64,000 nucleotides of DNA from the NCBI RefSeq assembly GCF_006345805.1, contig NC_043017.1:17422001-17486000 (forward strand), read 5' to 3'. Source of the stretch: Octopus sinensis (lineage: Eukaryota). Positions 39,081-51,950 of the stretch are shown here, one piece after another. The notes under the pieces are model-generated. The model saw nothing but the letters and a program-made list of their open reading frames with translations. It was not told the origin of the DNA and did no database searches. Made by a program: the position numbers and the translations under genes. Within the stretch, counting starts at the first letter, position 1. Every line of letters begins with the position of its first letter.

Positions 39081-41126
39081 AGTCAGTCATTCCCACAGAC
39101 ATACAAATATATGTAGATAAAAGCAAAAATTGCCTTTAAATTTGTAATTAAAAAAAAAATTAATAATCAAAAATTAAAAAAAGATTGTGGTAGTAAAAAT
39201 TAGACTTAAATTTCGAAATAATTTTTTTAAAAATAAAGATTTTTTCGTTGTTAATAAAGAATCGTCTGCTAATTGCTTAGCATGTATCTACGCATGCGCA
39301 AGTGACGTTCTTAAAAGTTTTCAAGTTGAAAGAAGCGAGAAGACGAGGTGGGGGGGATGTTTCAGAATCGTAATGTCTGTATTTTAAAATAATATAATAA
39401 TGAAATTATTGTATACAGTGCTCAGGTGCACCACAACTTGTCAGAAAGTGCATATAAAGTACATGCAGTAATGTAAAAATGTCTGGAAAGCGAACAATGT
39501 ATGAGACAGATACATGCCCGTGTGTGTATGGAGGGGAGAAAATCAAGTGTAGTGTTAGCGAATCTCAGAAAGCATGGAAATTTCGTCGTTAATAAAGGAT
39601 CGTCTGCTAATTGCTTAGCATGTATCTACGCATGCGCAAGTGACGTTTTTAAAAGTTTTCAAGTTGAAAGAAGCGAGAAGACGAGGGGGGGGGTTCAGAA
39701 TCGTAATGTCTATATTTTAAAATATGGACCTTACGGAGTAGCTGTCCAACATAAGCCGGATTTTCGAAATAGGTGTCCCACAATTTTCTTCGTTTTAGTC
39801 GGGATTTTTTCAAGTTTTCTTTACCGCACATTTCAAAACAACAGGGAGAAGCTCTTGAAAACATTAAAATCCTTGTTTTAAAACGATTATCTCCCCCCCC
39901 CCCTCACCATTATTGTGACACTGGAACGGCAATCACCATTAAAACGATATTTTTCTCGGTATAGCATACACAAATGTACCTTCTCCCACTAGGCTTTGAC
40001 TCCTCATAACTTCAAGGAAAAACTGATACACTTGAAATGAAACTCACTAGAAATACCTTACAGGTAATGTTGATTACGATCGTGTCGGAATTTAATGTTA
40101 ATAAAGAATTAATTGGGAGGCGCGCACACAAAGAATGAGACATGAAATGTTGATAAAAGTTATGTAACGTGTATCTATGTATGTGTGTACAGCCAACAAT
40201 TTCTTTTCACCACAGTGAATTCCGTTATAATCGTAATCTATACCTGAGAGGCATTTGCAGAAAATTTCAGTAAAAAAGATAACAATTTTTCTGAAAGTTT
40301 TGGGGAAACAAAGTTGGAGGCAGACTTGTATAATTATGACATTTTTTTTCTTCTTTTTGCAACAATTGCAATTCGTATTATTTAAAGAGAATGTTCTAAA
40401 CCTTCCAATCCTTTTTCATCGTACTTTTCACAATCAAAATTTATCCATTGTTTTAGTTTGTTCTTTTTTCATTATTTTCTGCGATTTTTCATACTTTTGT
40501 CACTCTATAAAACCATTCTTCGATACAATATAAAAATTAAAAATAACAAGAATGCATTAGTACTTACCTGGTTTCAGTAGCAGGCATAATTTCAAACAAA
40601 TTTAATCCTGTTTTTCATCATACAACACAACACAACACAAAGAGAAACATAAACTGTTTTACTCAGAACAAACTGTTGCTATCGTAGAGAGAGGCGAAAA
40701 TGAGATATTTTTCGTCCCATTACACTTTTCTTCGATTAACAGAAATATTCTTTTCAACATTTGAAACGACTGACATTAATGTTTTACCAATACTTCTTTC
40801 AAAATTCTAAAGTTCTTTTTCACCTATCCATTCGTGGAGAATGTTTCATTTTAATCGTAAAAAGCTACGACAAAAGAGTTATTTATAATAAGTTGGTAAA
40901 GTTTTAACAAATCTTAATACGGTCATTTGAAAATATTGCGGCTTTTTTCAACAAAAACAATAACAACATGTCACAAAAACATCTTTAAATGATTATTCCG
41001 GAGCATATTCACCATGAACTTCAATTACTGCTTCCTATTTGCTTGTCAGACCGTCATTTAAAAATTGTTGAAAAAAGCCGCAATAATTATACACTAACCA
41101 AATTAAAAACCATGACAACAACTTAC

Positions 41127-41240
41127 CTTAAACCTTCTCTTGTTTGCTAACATCGTGTTTTTGTAATCCATGTTTCATCAACAACTTTAAGCGTTGACTG
41201 AGCAGACGACAATGAATTCACTAAGGCGCATGCGTTAAGT
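41127..41240 (-). promoter_or_regulatory. candidate promoter/first exon of a minus-strand transcript
   Basis: NRF-1-like GCGCATGCG at 41226-41234; aacATGG at 41171 opens MDYKNTMLANKRRFK, ending at a consensus AAG|GTAAGT donor (41127); a second consensus donor CAG|GTAAGT lies at 40568. Confidence 0.3.
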
Positions 41241-41442
41241 GATGGGCAATATAAAGTAACAAAACAAACTACAAATAACGTTGTGCAACCACCACCACCA
41301 CCACTTCTACCTTCTTTAATGAAAATCCCAACTGACACCATCACCACCTCCTTCAACCAATATCCCTACAACCGCCGCCACCACCACCTCCATTAACTCG
41401 TACCCATAGCACTACCACCATCATCATCATCATCAATATACC

Positions 41443-41660
41443 TATTTCTTTATTACCCACAAGGGGCTAAACATAGAGGGGACAGACATGGGTATTAAGT
41501 CGATTACATCGACCCCAGTGCGAAACTGGTACTTTATTTATCGACCCCGAAAGGATGAAAGGCAAAGTCGACCCCGGCGGAATTTGAACTCACAACGTAA
41601 CGGCAGACGAAATACCGCTAAGCATTTCGCCCGGCGTGCTAACGTTTCTGCCAGCTCGCC
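41443..41660 (-). mobile_element. full-length SINE family B
   Basis: Same consensus; degenerate 9-bp TSD. Other copies at about 7235-7450, 9340-9520, 15425-15760, 22645-22755, 24808-25020, 37141-37320, 43090-43290, 49355-50160. Confidence 0.85.
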
Positions 41661-41820
41661 TATTATACCTATCAGTAACATACTTCAATGGCGCGATATT
41701 TTTTCTCCTCACTTTGTTTTGTTTTCATTTTGTTTGTTTAACAACGAAAACCAGTGTATTTCGGGGGAATATGTGAGTGGATTTGTGTGTTTAATATCTC
41801 TTCCTCACAGCAGAGAAATG

Positions 41821-41846
<26 letters not shown>

Positions 41847-41852
<6 letters not shown>

Positions 41853-42025
41853 GAAAATAGTAAAAAGTGAAAAAACTACAGAAGGCTTGTTTTAAATGGT
41901 TAAAAAATATATAATTGAGTCACTATGTCGGAAGAATGTTATAACATAATGACTCAAATATATATTTTTTAACCTTTTAAAACAAGCCTTCTGTAGTTTT
42001 TTCACTTTTTACTATTTTCTATATA
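41847..42025. repeat. palindromic (foldback) MITE-like element
   Basis: ~82-bp inverted arms with 3 mismatches, 15-nt loop, embedded in (TA)n. Confidence 0.8.
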
Positions 42026-42059
42026 TTCAACCACGTGCTTTCACACACCAACTTTCTCA

Positions 42060-42102
<43 letters not shown>

Positions 42103-42106
<4 letters not shown>

Positions 42107-42775
42107 GCTTGTCAGACCGCCTCTTGGTTCCAGCAGACAAAATGGAAAATATGTTGCTGCAGAAGATGGCTTGGAAAATGCGCTGGGACAGTCACTCTGA
42201 CACACGGGGCGTGCACTTGCTGGTAGCCTATCTGCCCCAGTGGCGGTGACCAGGGATTTGGTACAGGAGACGAGAACGCTGGAGTTCTCCATTGTCACAG
42301 GCTCAACCGTAAACCTATCAGAGAGCGAGCGGTACTTTGACAATTAGTCTTTCTCAGGCTGACGAGCAACCGGACCCTGGGCTGGTAGCTGAACACACCA
42401 AGTTGGCACGGAACGAGAAAATTGTCGTACCGTCAGGCCTCGGTCTAGCTTCATAGTGACTGTCTGCGCGTTTCGGTTTCCTTTAGGCTTGGACCCCAGA
42501 TCTATGAGCCTCGCAAATGCCGCTGCGGATCCATTGTGGATTCTTTCGGCCTCCATCCATTGTCGTGCCATTATAGTGCTGGCCGCCTTCTACGCCATGC
42601 AGCCCTTAATGAGATCTTAAAGCATGACCTAGAAGTCTCAGGCTTCCCTTCCCAGCTCGAGCCTAGACTGAGGGGATAGTAAAAGGCCTAACTGTATAAT
42701 AGTTTTCCTTTCCCATGGTGATAGGCCTCTCATCTGGGATGTCACATGCTATGAATCTATCCATTATCTTGTCTA
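42103..42775 (+). mobile_element. CRE-like non-LTR element fragment (Zn knuckle + RLE)
   Basis: CRCGSIVDSFGLHPLSCHYSAGRLLRHAALNEIL..LEP..RGDSKRP..LIWDVTC. Confidence 0.72.
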
Positions 42776-43294
42776 CTTTTCTTTCTGTCAATGTATCTTT
42801 CAAGTTTGACATGGACAGGCATTTAAGACCTAATCAAATATAAGATAGAACCTTGTAAAAGGCGGTGCCCTTGCATGATCACAACCTTTGGAATAGAGTA
42901 ACATGCATAGCTATTTGCTAACTAAAGTTATTTCACCTGAATTTTACTATCTCTCTCTCTCTCAGGTAAAACAACATTTAAAAAAAAGCATAAGTACAAT
43001 ATTGATTTTCCAGAACCTTTGGTTCCAAAGCTATTCTGGGTTACTGATTTTTCCAAACCAGGAGTGGTCACTTTGGTCAACACATTCTAAATTAAACGAA
43101 TATTGGTTTCAAATTTTGGCACAAGACCTGCAAGTTTGGTGGGGTGGGAAAAATCAATGACATTGATCCCAGTGCTTGACTGTTACTTATTTTATCAACC
43201 CTGAAATGCTGAAAGACAAAGTCGACCTTAGCAGAATTAGAACTTGGAATGTAAAGACAGACGAAATGCCACTAAGCATTTTGCCCAGCATACT

Positions 43295-43925
43295 CTTTAC
43301 TCTCTTACTTGTTTTAGTCATTTGACTGCGGCCATGCTGGAGCACCACATTTAGTCAAGCAAATCGACCACGGGACTTATTCTTTGTAAGCCTAGTACTT
43401 ATTCTATCAGTCTCTTTTGCCGAACCGCTAAGTGACGGCGACGTAAACACACCAGCATCGGTTGTCAAGCGATGTTGGGGGGACAAACACAGACACACAA
43501 ACATACACACACACACACACATATATATATATACTCTCTCTTTTACTTGTTTCAGCCATTTGACTGCGGCCATGCTGGAGCACCGCATTTAGTCGAGCAA
43601 ATCGACCACGGGACTTATTCTTTGTAAGCCTAGTACTTATTCTATCAGTTCTTTTGCCAAACCGCTAAGTGACGGCGACGTAAACACACCAGCATCGGTT
43701 GTCAAGCAATGCTGGGGGGACAAACATACACACACACACACATATATATATATATACATATATACGACGGGCTTCTTTCAGTTTCCGTCTACTAAATCCA
43801 CTCACAAGGCATTGGTCAGCCCGAGGCTATAGTAGAAGACACTTGCCCAAGGTGCCATGCAGTGGGACTGAACCCAGAACCATGTGGTTGGTAAGCAAGC
43901 TACTTACCACACAGCCACTCCTGCG
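43295..43925 (-). mobile_element. SINE family A with tandemly duplicated 3' half
   Basis: Two adjacent ~235-nt 3' halves share private variants. Other partial copies at about 2230-2375, 13630-13790, 22165-22385, 28215-28500, 36620-36790, 47020-47155, 53065-53225, 57095-57860, 62085-62265. Confidence 0.82.
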
Positions 43926-44752
43926 CATGTTAATAATTCTGCCAGCTCGCTACCTTAAATTAAACAAATACTAAATTTACATGAATAATTAAATGAAATA
44001 CAGGTACAAATGATAGAAGTTTATTAATACTGGACTGTGTAATGTATAGTCTATGCAAGGTACAAGTAAACTAGTCCAGCAGATGCACAAATTTGAAGTT
44101 CCTGCTCACAAATTAGAATGAATTACAAAAGATTCTGAACAATCAGTGTCAGGAAAGGTCAGTGCTGTACTAATATCTATAGTAATTCCTCTTTTCTGCC
44201 TCAAATCAATTTGTATTAAAATTGTAACTGTAAATTTGTAAATTGATTTCTAAGACTATATCTTCCAGTTTCTGATATCAAACCAGTGTAGCACACCTGG
44301 TACAATAACTGACTAATTATCATGAGAACATAAAATAATATAGATGTAAACAGCCAAACAAATCATGGTAGTTAATTCAAAGGAATGGTATTTTGCAATG
44401 AAATCAAAGATCACTCATAGATATACAAGTTTTGTCTCATTAGATGGTCAGATGATTTTTTTATTGTCTCAAATTGGTGCAAATAATGTTTTATATCATT
44501 GACATTAAAAATTTTAACAGGTAATTACATGATTAAATAGATTTGATTCAAAACAGGTAAAATTAACCTGATCTGAGTAACCGGTTTCAATAAACAGTTT
44601 TTTTATATATATATATATATAATACACACACAAATATATACACGCATGTGTATGTATATATATATATATATTTACATACATATACACTTATACATACATA
44701 TATGTGTGTATGCAGATATGTAGTATGTGATATGTACATATATATATGTATG

Positions 44753-44789
<37 letters not shown>

Positions 44790-45177
44790 TGAGAATGAAC
44801 AGTGCCCATGGTGTGCAGGCTCTTCTGGACTTATAAACTAAAAATGGCTGACAACCAGCCATACCGTCTGCAGCTCAGCTTCTACAGATATAAAGAAAAA
44901 ATGTGAGCAAGGAAGGAATTATGATTAGGTCGGGAGGGGGAGGAAATAAAAGGTTGCAAACTCCACCAAAGGCACCCAAGGACCATTATTCTACCATTAA
45001 AAATGACATGTCTCAATTGGATGTAAAATTTTCAACTGATTGAATAAATAGGCTGAAATGTTAAAATAGCGACAATGTTTTCGAAAATATAATTCACATG
45101 ATATGGAAGGAATAAATGGCTGAATAATCTTTTCTTTTAGTTTTCTTCTCAAAAAAAAAAAAAACTGTAATTGGTCC

Positions 45178-45724
45178 CTATATCTGTGAAAATGATGTCC
45201 CTGGTAAGGAATCTGCTGACATAGAATGAGACTGTGATTGTAGAATGGAAGTTGAAGGATGAGTTAAAGAAAGAGAGTCTGAGGTTGTGTCAATATTTAA
45301 ATTCTGGCCAGCTGTTGGTACCTCAGAGGACCCACTTTCGGCCCCAACATTACTAGTGACAGAGTCTTGAAGTAATGTCGTCGTACATTCGCTAGTGCTT
45401 TGATTCCAGTTCGTAAAAGTTCTCTGTTCCTCAGTAATGCGTGATAAAGCAGCTGCTGCACACCTCTGCTGCATATCAGACAATGCACTTTGACCAGTGT
45501 TGTCAACATCATCTGATTCTAACTGCGGCTCAGAAATTGAAGATGAATTGTCTTCCAAGACAGCTTCTGTCGAAACATCTCGAAACAGTTGATATAAATC
45601 TCCTATAGTTAACATTGTGTCATTGCGGTCTGAAGGAACAAGGTAATTTGTTGCGGATGCTAGCATCAATCTCATACGTTCTTCGATAGTGGCCTTAATC
45701 AGGAATCGGTGCACTTCTGTTGCC
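45178..45724 (-). CDS. SHPRH: SHPRH terminal coding exon (ATEVHRFLIKATIEERM...stop)
   Basis: poly-T TAG acceptor, phase 2; open to TAG at 45178-45180. Confidence 0.93.
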
Positions 45725-48466
45725 CTAAAAAAATATAAACAGACAAAAAATAAAAATACCAAACCACAGATTTCTGGTGCAGGTACAAAACCCCAAATTT
45801 AGTGGCTAGAGATATTGTCTGAGTATTTTACTTTATCTATTTTGGAAGGAGGTAAAGCATGGTTTCAATTCCCAGACTGGGCTATGCATTGTGTTCTTGA
45901 GGAAAACCCACTTCATTTCATATTGTTCCAATCCACTCAGCTGTAAATAAGTAACCTTGCAAGAGACTACCGTCCCGTTTAGGGGAAATGTTGTGATCTT
46001 GCTCACTTATATGCTATGGAAACTGGGGAACCAGCCCTATGAGTCTCATGGTGATGAAGGATGAAAGGTAAAATTGAACCCCAAGTAAAAGTCAGAAGTG
46101 TTAAGGACACTCCACCTGCTGAAGAGGATTGGTCTATGAGAATCCTGTGGCAGTGTCATGCAAAAAGCACTCATGCCAGTGCCATGTAAAAGCATACATG
46201 CTGGTGCCATATTAAAAGCACCCAGCATGCTCTGTAAAATGGTCGACATTAGGAAGGGCATCCAGTTGTAGAAACCAAGCCAAATCAAACTAGAACTTGG
46301 TGCAACTCTCCAGCTTGCCAGCTCCGGTCAAACTGTCCAACCCAAGCCAGCATGGAAAACAGGAGGAGGAGGGGAGGGGAGGAGGAGGCAAGGAGCAGGA
46401 GGGAAGAGGAAGGGGAGGATGTAGGCAGAGGAGATGGAGAGGAGGTGGAGGAGGATGTAGGAGGAGGAGGATGTAAGCAGAGGAGGAGGGGGCAGGAGGG
46501 AGGGGAGGAGGCAGAGGCAGAGGAGGTTTTAAAAGTAAAAAAATAAAGGTACATAATGAAATGTTACATATCACTTTGGCTGCTAATCTACCAATTCTAC
46601 AAAACAATGCCTTCATCTTTAGAATGAAAGGATGTGATGAGGAGATTTGGCTACTATTTTTAGCATGGCAAGTAACTCCTACACTCAACACACACACACT
46701 ATTGGTTTATGAAATTACTTTGTCAACTTACATTGTTTGTCCGATTCTGTGAACTCTTCCAATAGCCTGCAACTCCTGGGCTGGGTTAAGTATCGGCTCA
46801 GTTAATATAACATATTTGGCTTCAATTAAGTTTAACCCGTTACAGCCAGTGTGAACTGGCAGCAGAAGAACAGTAACTTCAGGATTATTTTTGAAAGTTG
46901 TCAGATTGTTCTGAAAGAAAGACAAAAACAGAACAAATTAACACATTTTTATTAATTGACATCTTTGAGATTTTTTCTTTTCTTTACCACAAACAAAAAA
47001 AAGATTTTTTTAAAAAAAACTAACACATGGTTGTGTGGTGAGAAGTTTGCTTTGCAACCACATGGTTTCAAGTTCGGTCCTTGGCCAAGTGTCTTCTCAG
47101 GCCAACCAAAGCCTTGTGAGTGGATTTCATAGATGGAAACTGAAAGAAGCCCATCATCGTTTAACATCTGCTTTCCATGCTGGCAAGGGTTGGACAGTTT
47201 GACATGGAGCTGGCTACCAGGGAACTGATCTGGAAGCATCCAAATTAATCTCATGGAACCGACTTCATTGTGACGTAAGAAGAGGAAAATGTTGTCACAC
47301 TTACATCGACAACTTGATTGCAGACACTGACCTGGAATGTATCCAGGATTTTGAGGCATTGACGATGGACAGAGAAGTGTGGTAGGTGGACTTTGTTACT
47401 GTGGCCCAAGTTGGAATCCAGCCATAAAAAATTTTAAAAAGCAGCTATAATTCACAGCTACCATCTTCACAGCTGGACATCTAAGTAACAGAAGTTGTCA
47501 ACTATTTCTAGCAAGTTTTCTGGAATGTTGAAATATTCCATTTCTGAAGTACACTTACTGCTAACTATTCTTGTACATCCTTTTTATGTGAAGTGAAGTC
47601 CAGCTTCTCTATCAGTCGGTTTAATTAGTACAGTGTTAATTACTAACTGAACAGTGAATATGAAAGAGAAGACTTATTTGAATTACTGATACAAACCTGG
47701 GACTGTTTCCCTGAAGATAAAGTGGAATATCTAATGCCATTCATGGCCAATGCTTGACCAATTATCTCTAAAACACTTGACCACTGAAATATAACAAAAA
47801 AATTAATAATTTAAAAGTTTTCAAAAACTGAAACAAAAAAACAAAAACAAAAAATGTTATAAACAAACATAAAAGGAAAAGATGCTAATAAAAGTTTCAG
47901 GAAAATGACTGAGTGAACACCTTAACCCTTTATTCGACTCATAAAGCAAAATATGTTGAATATGCTCCTTTATCACTACCATTATAGTTTTGAAACAATA
48001 ACTGTTAAAATCGAACTGCACTCTTCAAAACTTGCACTAAGATAAGCACAAGGTAAAATTACTACCTGCTTTTATAGCAAGTTGATGCAGGTAGTTTATC
48101 CTGTCCCCCTCCAACTTTTAGTTCATGCAATTGAAAAAAAACTGCATTATTTAAGGTATGACCCAATACACACACACACACATACAAACACACAATATAT
48201 TTTAAATATCTTACTGTAGAAAACACAAGGGATTTAGCAAATGGATCTTTCTGTCGAATCTTTAAAAGACAATGCACAATAGCAGTCACTTTGGTTGAGT
48301 AACTACCCTGAAAGAAATAGATATATAGATATAGATATATATTTACATACTTATATATACACATACATATATATATATATATGAGATAGAAAGAGAGAGA
48401 TAGACAGACAATTGGATGAAAGGATCAATTATAGATTAAAAAAAGAAACTATATAATTTCATTTTT

Positions 48467-48500
<34 letters not shown>

Positions 48501-51500
48501 TACATACACATATGCATATCATATGTATATACACATACAAACACACTGACTGACTCTGTGTGTGTGTGTGTTCCCAAGTCTATGTATGTATTCCCAGTTA
48601 TATTAGGTTGTCAAGAAAGTTCTTGCAGAATTTTAAATTTTGGTTTTAAATTATGCATTTTCAAATTAATTTTCGTTTTAAAGCTCATTTTTCACTTTAT
48701 CTAATCATGTTACTATTTTCTTTTTGAATTGCTGAACAAGCTCACGATATCAATGATGCATTTGGCCCAGGAACCACCAATGAACGTACAGCACAATGGT
48801 GGTTCAAGAACTTTCGTAGCGGTGACAAGAATCTTGAAGATGATAAGCTTAGTGGTCAACCATCGGATGTTGACAACGATCAACTATGAGCCTTAGTGGA
48901 AGCCAATCCACACACAACTGTTTGAGAGCTTGCTTCTGAATTAGATGTAATGTATACAATTTCCAACCACTTGAAAGAGATTGGAAAAACAAAAATACTT
49001 GAGAAATGGGTGCCGCATGAATTGAATGACAACCAAAAAAAAAGGCTATTTTGAAGTGTCATCTTCCCTTCTTTTACGCAAAAAGAATGACACATTTCTC
49101 AACCAGATTGTGATTTGCGATGAAAAGTGGATTCTTTACGACAAACGGCGATACTCAGCTCAGTAGTTATTTCAGCCAAGATATGTGCATCTGAATTTAA
49201 CGGATAAAAACCACAAGAACTTTCTTGACAACCTAATAGTACTGATTTCAAAATTACAAATGATCATTAAGTGATTTGCTTAAAATAAGAAATTTAAACA
49301 TGTAGAATTAGAAGTACTACTGATTATTATTATTACTGCTGCTATTATTATTATTAAGGCAGCGAGCTGGCAGAATCATCCGCATACTGGGCGAAATGCT
49401 TAGTGGTATTTTGTCTGCCGCTATGGTGTGCTGGCTCACTGCAAAAGGAATCTTCACACACCATGGATTCTTAGAAATACAATTTATGGTTTAAGCAAAG
49501 AATTCAGTGTATTATTCATAACTGTGATTCAAACAAGAGTGGCTGGTTGGTTGATTGGTTGCTTGCAATCAAGTGATTTCAGATATAGTTGTACAGGATG
49601 GCATCTTGGACACATGTCTTTTACAATAGACCTGGGCTGACCAATACCTTGTGAATGATTACAGTAGATGGAAACTGTACTACTGATTATTATTATTACT
49701 GCTGCTATTATTATTATTAAGGCAGCGAGCTGGCAGAATCATTTGCATACTGGGTGAAATGATTAGTGGTATTTTGTCTGCCGCTATATTCTGAGTTCAA
49801 ATTCCACTGAGATCAATTTTGTTTCATCCTTTCAGGGTTGATAAATTAAGTACCACTGCAACACTGGGTTAATGTAATCGACTAGTCCTCTACCCCCAAA
49901 TTTCAGGCCTTGTGCCTTTAGTAGAAAGGATTATTTTTATTGTTATTATTATTTAGGTGGCGAGGTGGCATAACCATAAGCACACCAGGCAAAATGCTTA
50001 ATGGTATTTTATCCAACTTCAATGTTTTGAGTTCAAATGCCACCTTGGTTGACTTTGCCTTTCCTCCTTTCAGGATCAATAAAAAATAAATACCAGTTGA
50101 GCACTGGGGATCAATGTAATCAACTTACTCCCTCCCACAAACTCTCTGGTAGAAAAGATTATTATTACTATAAAATGAATACCTTCATCGAGACACCATC
50201 ATCATCATCCAACACTCCAGATTTCTCCATCGATACATAATTGATATCGTCAAAGTGTGTGCTTTGACGACATGTTGGACATTTCAAGTAGCCTTGAGAC
50301 CGTTTAATGATGATATAGATACAGGAAATGCAGTAGAAATGGCCACAAATCAAAACAGCCCACTGGAAAAAAAAGAGAAAAAAAAATCATCACCATCATC
50401 ATTTAATATCCTCTTTTCCATACCTGCATGGGTCAGACAGAATTCATTGAGGTACATTTTCTTCAGCCGCATGCTCTTTCTCTCCCCAAACCGTACCTGT
50501 TTTCAAGCAAGATGATCAATTCCCCAAGGCTGAGCATGTTTTCACAGAAGATTGGAAACAAAGGCCATTGCTTGCATGATGGCAATATTTGTTTACAACT
50601 TGTCAAGACAAAGAGAAAAACACATACAAATATATGGAGAGGGGGGGAGAGAGAGAGAATAGTCAGGTAGTTCCTCTACAGAAAGAAACCTGTTCAGACC
50701 CTGCTCTCATACTTTAATCTACCATCTCCTTTGTAAAGCTGCCCCTCTGGGTTTGATGTATTGCCAGCTACATAGCGACCTCACTGCTTTTGGTGGCATG
50801 CAAAAGGCCCCCAGTATAGACTGTGGACTGGTTGGCAAAGGGCATCAAGCTATAGGGACCATGCCAAAACAGACACTGCAGCAACATGCAGTCCTTGAAT
50901 TTATCAGATCCTATCAAACTGTCCAACCCATTCTTGCATGGAACATGGACATTAAAAGATGATAATGATGGTAATAATGAATCTCATTAACAAAAATGGT
51001 TTCAAATTCGTTACAAGTTATCAAATATTGTAAAATAGTGTCAGATACAAAAATCATCATCATCATCTTTTGATGCCCATTCTCCATGCTGGCATGGGTT
51101 GGATAATTTTGACAGGAGTTGGCTGACTGGAGAACTGTCCAGGCTCCAATTGTCTGTTTTGGAATGGTTTCTATGGCTGGATGTCTTTCCTAATGCCAAC
51201 CCCTATACAGAGTGTACTGAGTGTTTATAAAATTATGAATAATAGGGATCTTAAAAGACAGTATCAAATATGGGTTCAGATATCATGTTTACAACATATA
51301 TCCTGATTTTAGAATAGGTAAATTATGTCCCTGCATACTGTAAGAGGTTATTGACTCATGTAGGAAGATAGGCGCCAGGAAGGAGATGTGACCATGAAAA
51401 ACTGGCTCATAAAAATTATCAAACCCATATCAACATGCAAAAGCAGATATAAAATGCTGCTGTTGATGATGCCGATGATGAGATAATGAGAAATGGTAAA

Positions 51501-51883
51501 CAGATTTACATAAATGGCAACACTCAGACAGTTTTGTTATTTGTCCTTACCTTATCTTTCAGGACCTCCAGACAAATCAAACATTGAGTTGGAGGAGAAT
51601 CTTCAGATGGATTAGCATCCTGAAACAAAGAATCGTTAACAAAGAATTAATTAAACATTAATAATAAGATAAAATAATTGTTTTTATCAGAAGCACAAGA
51701 CCAGAAATATGGGCAAAGAGGCTTCGTAATCATCTTCTTATTATTATTATTATTATTATTATTATTTATTATTATTATTATTTATTATTATTATATTTAT
51801 TATTATTATTATTATTATTGCTATTATTATTATTATTTATTATTATTATTATTGCTATTATTATTATTTATTATTATTATTGC

Positions 51884-51950
<67 letters not shown>

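Noticed and set aside
46352-46546. Glu/Gly-rich ORF
   Set aside because: (GGA)n purine tract in a SHPRH intron
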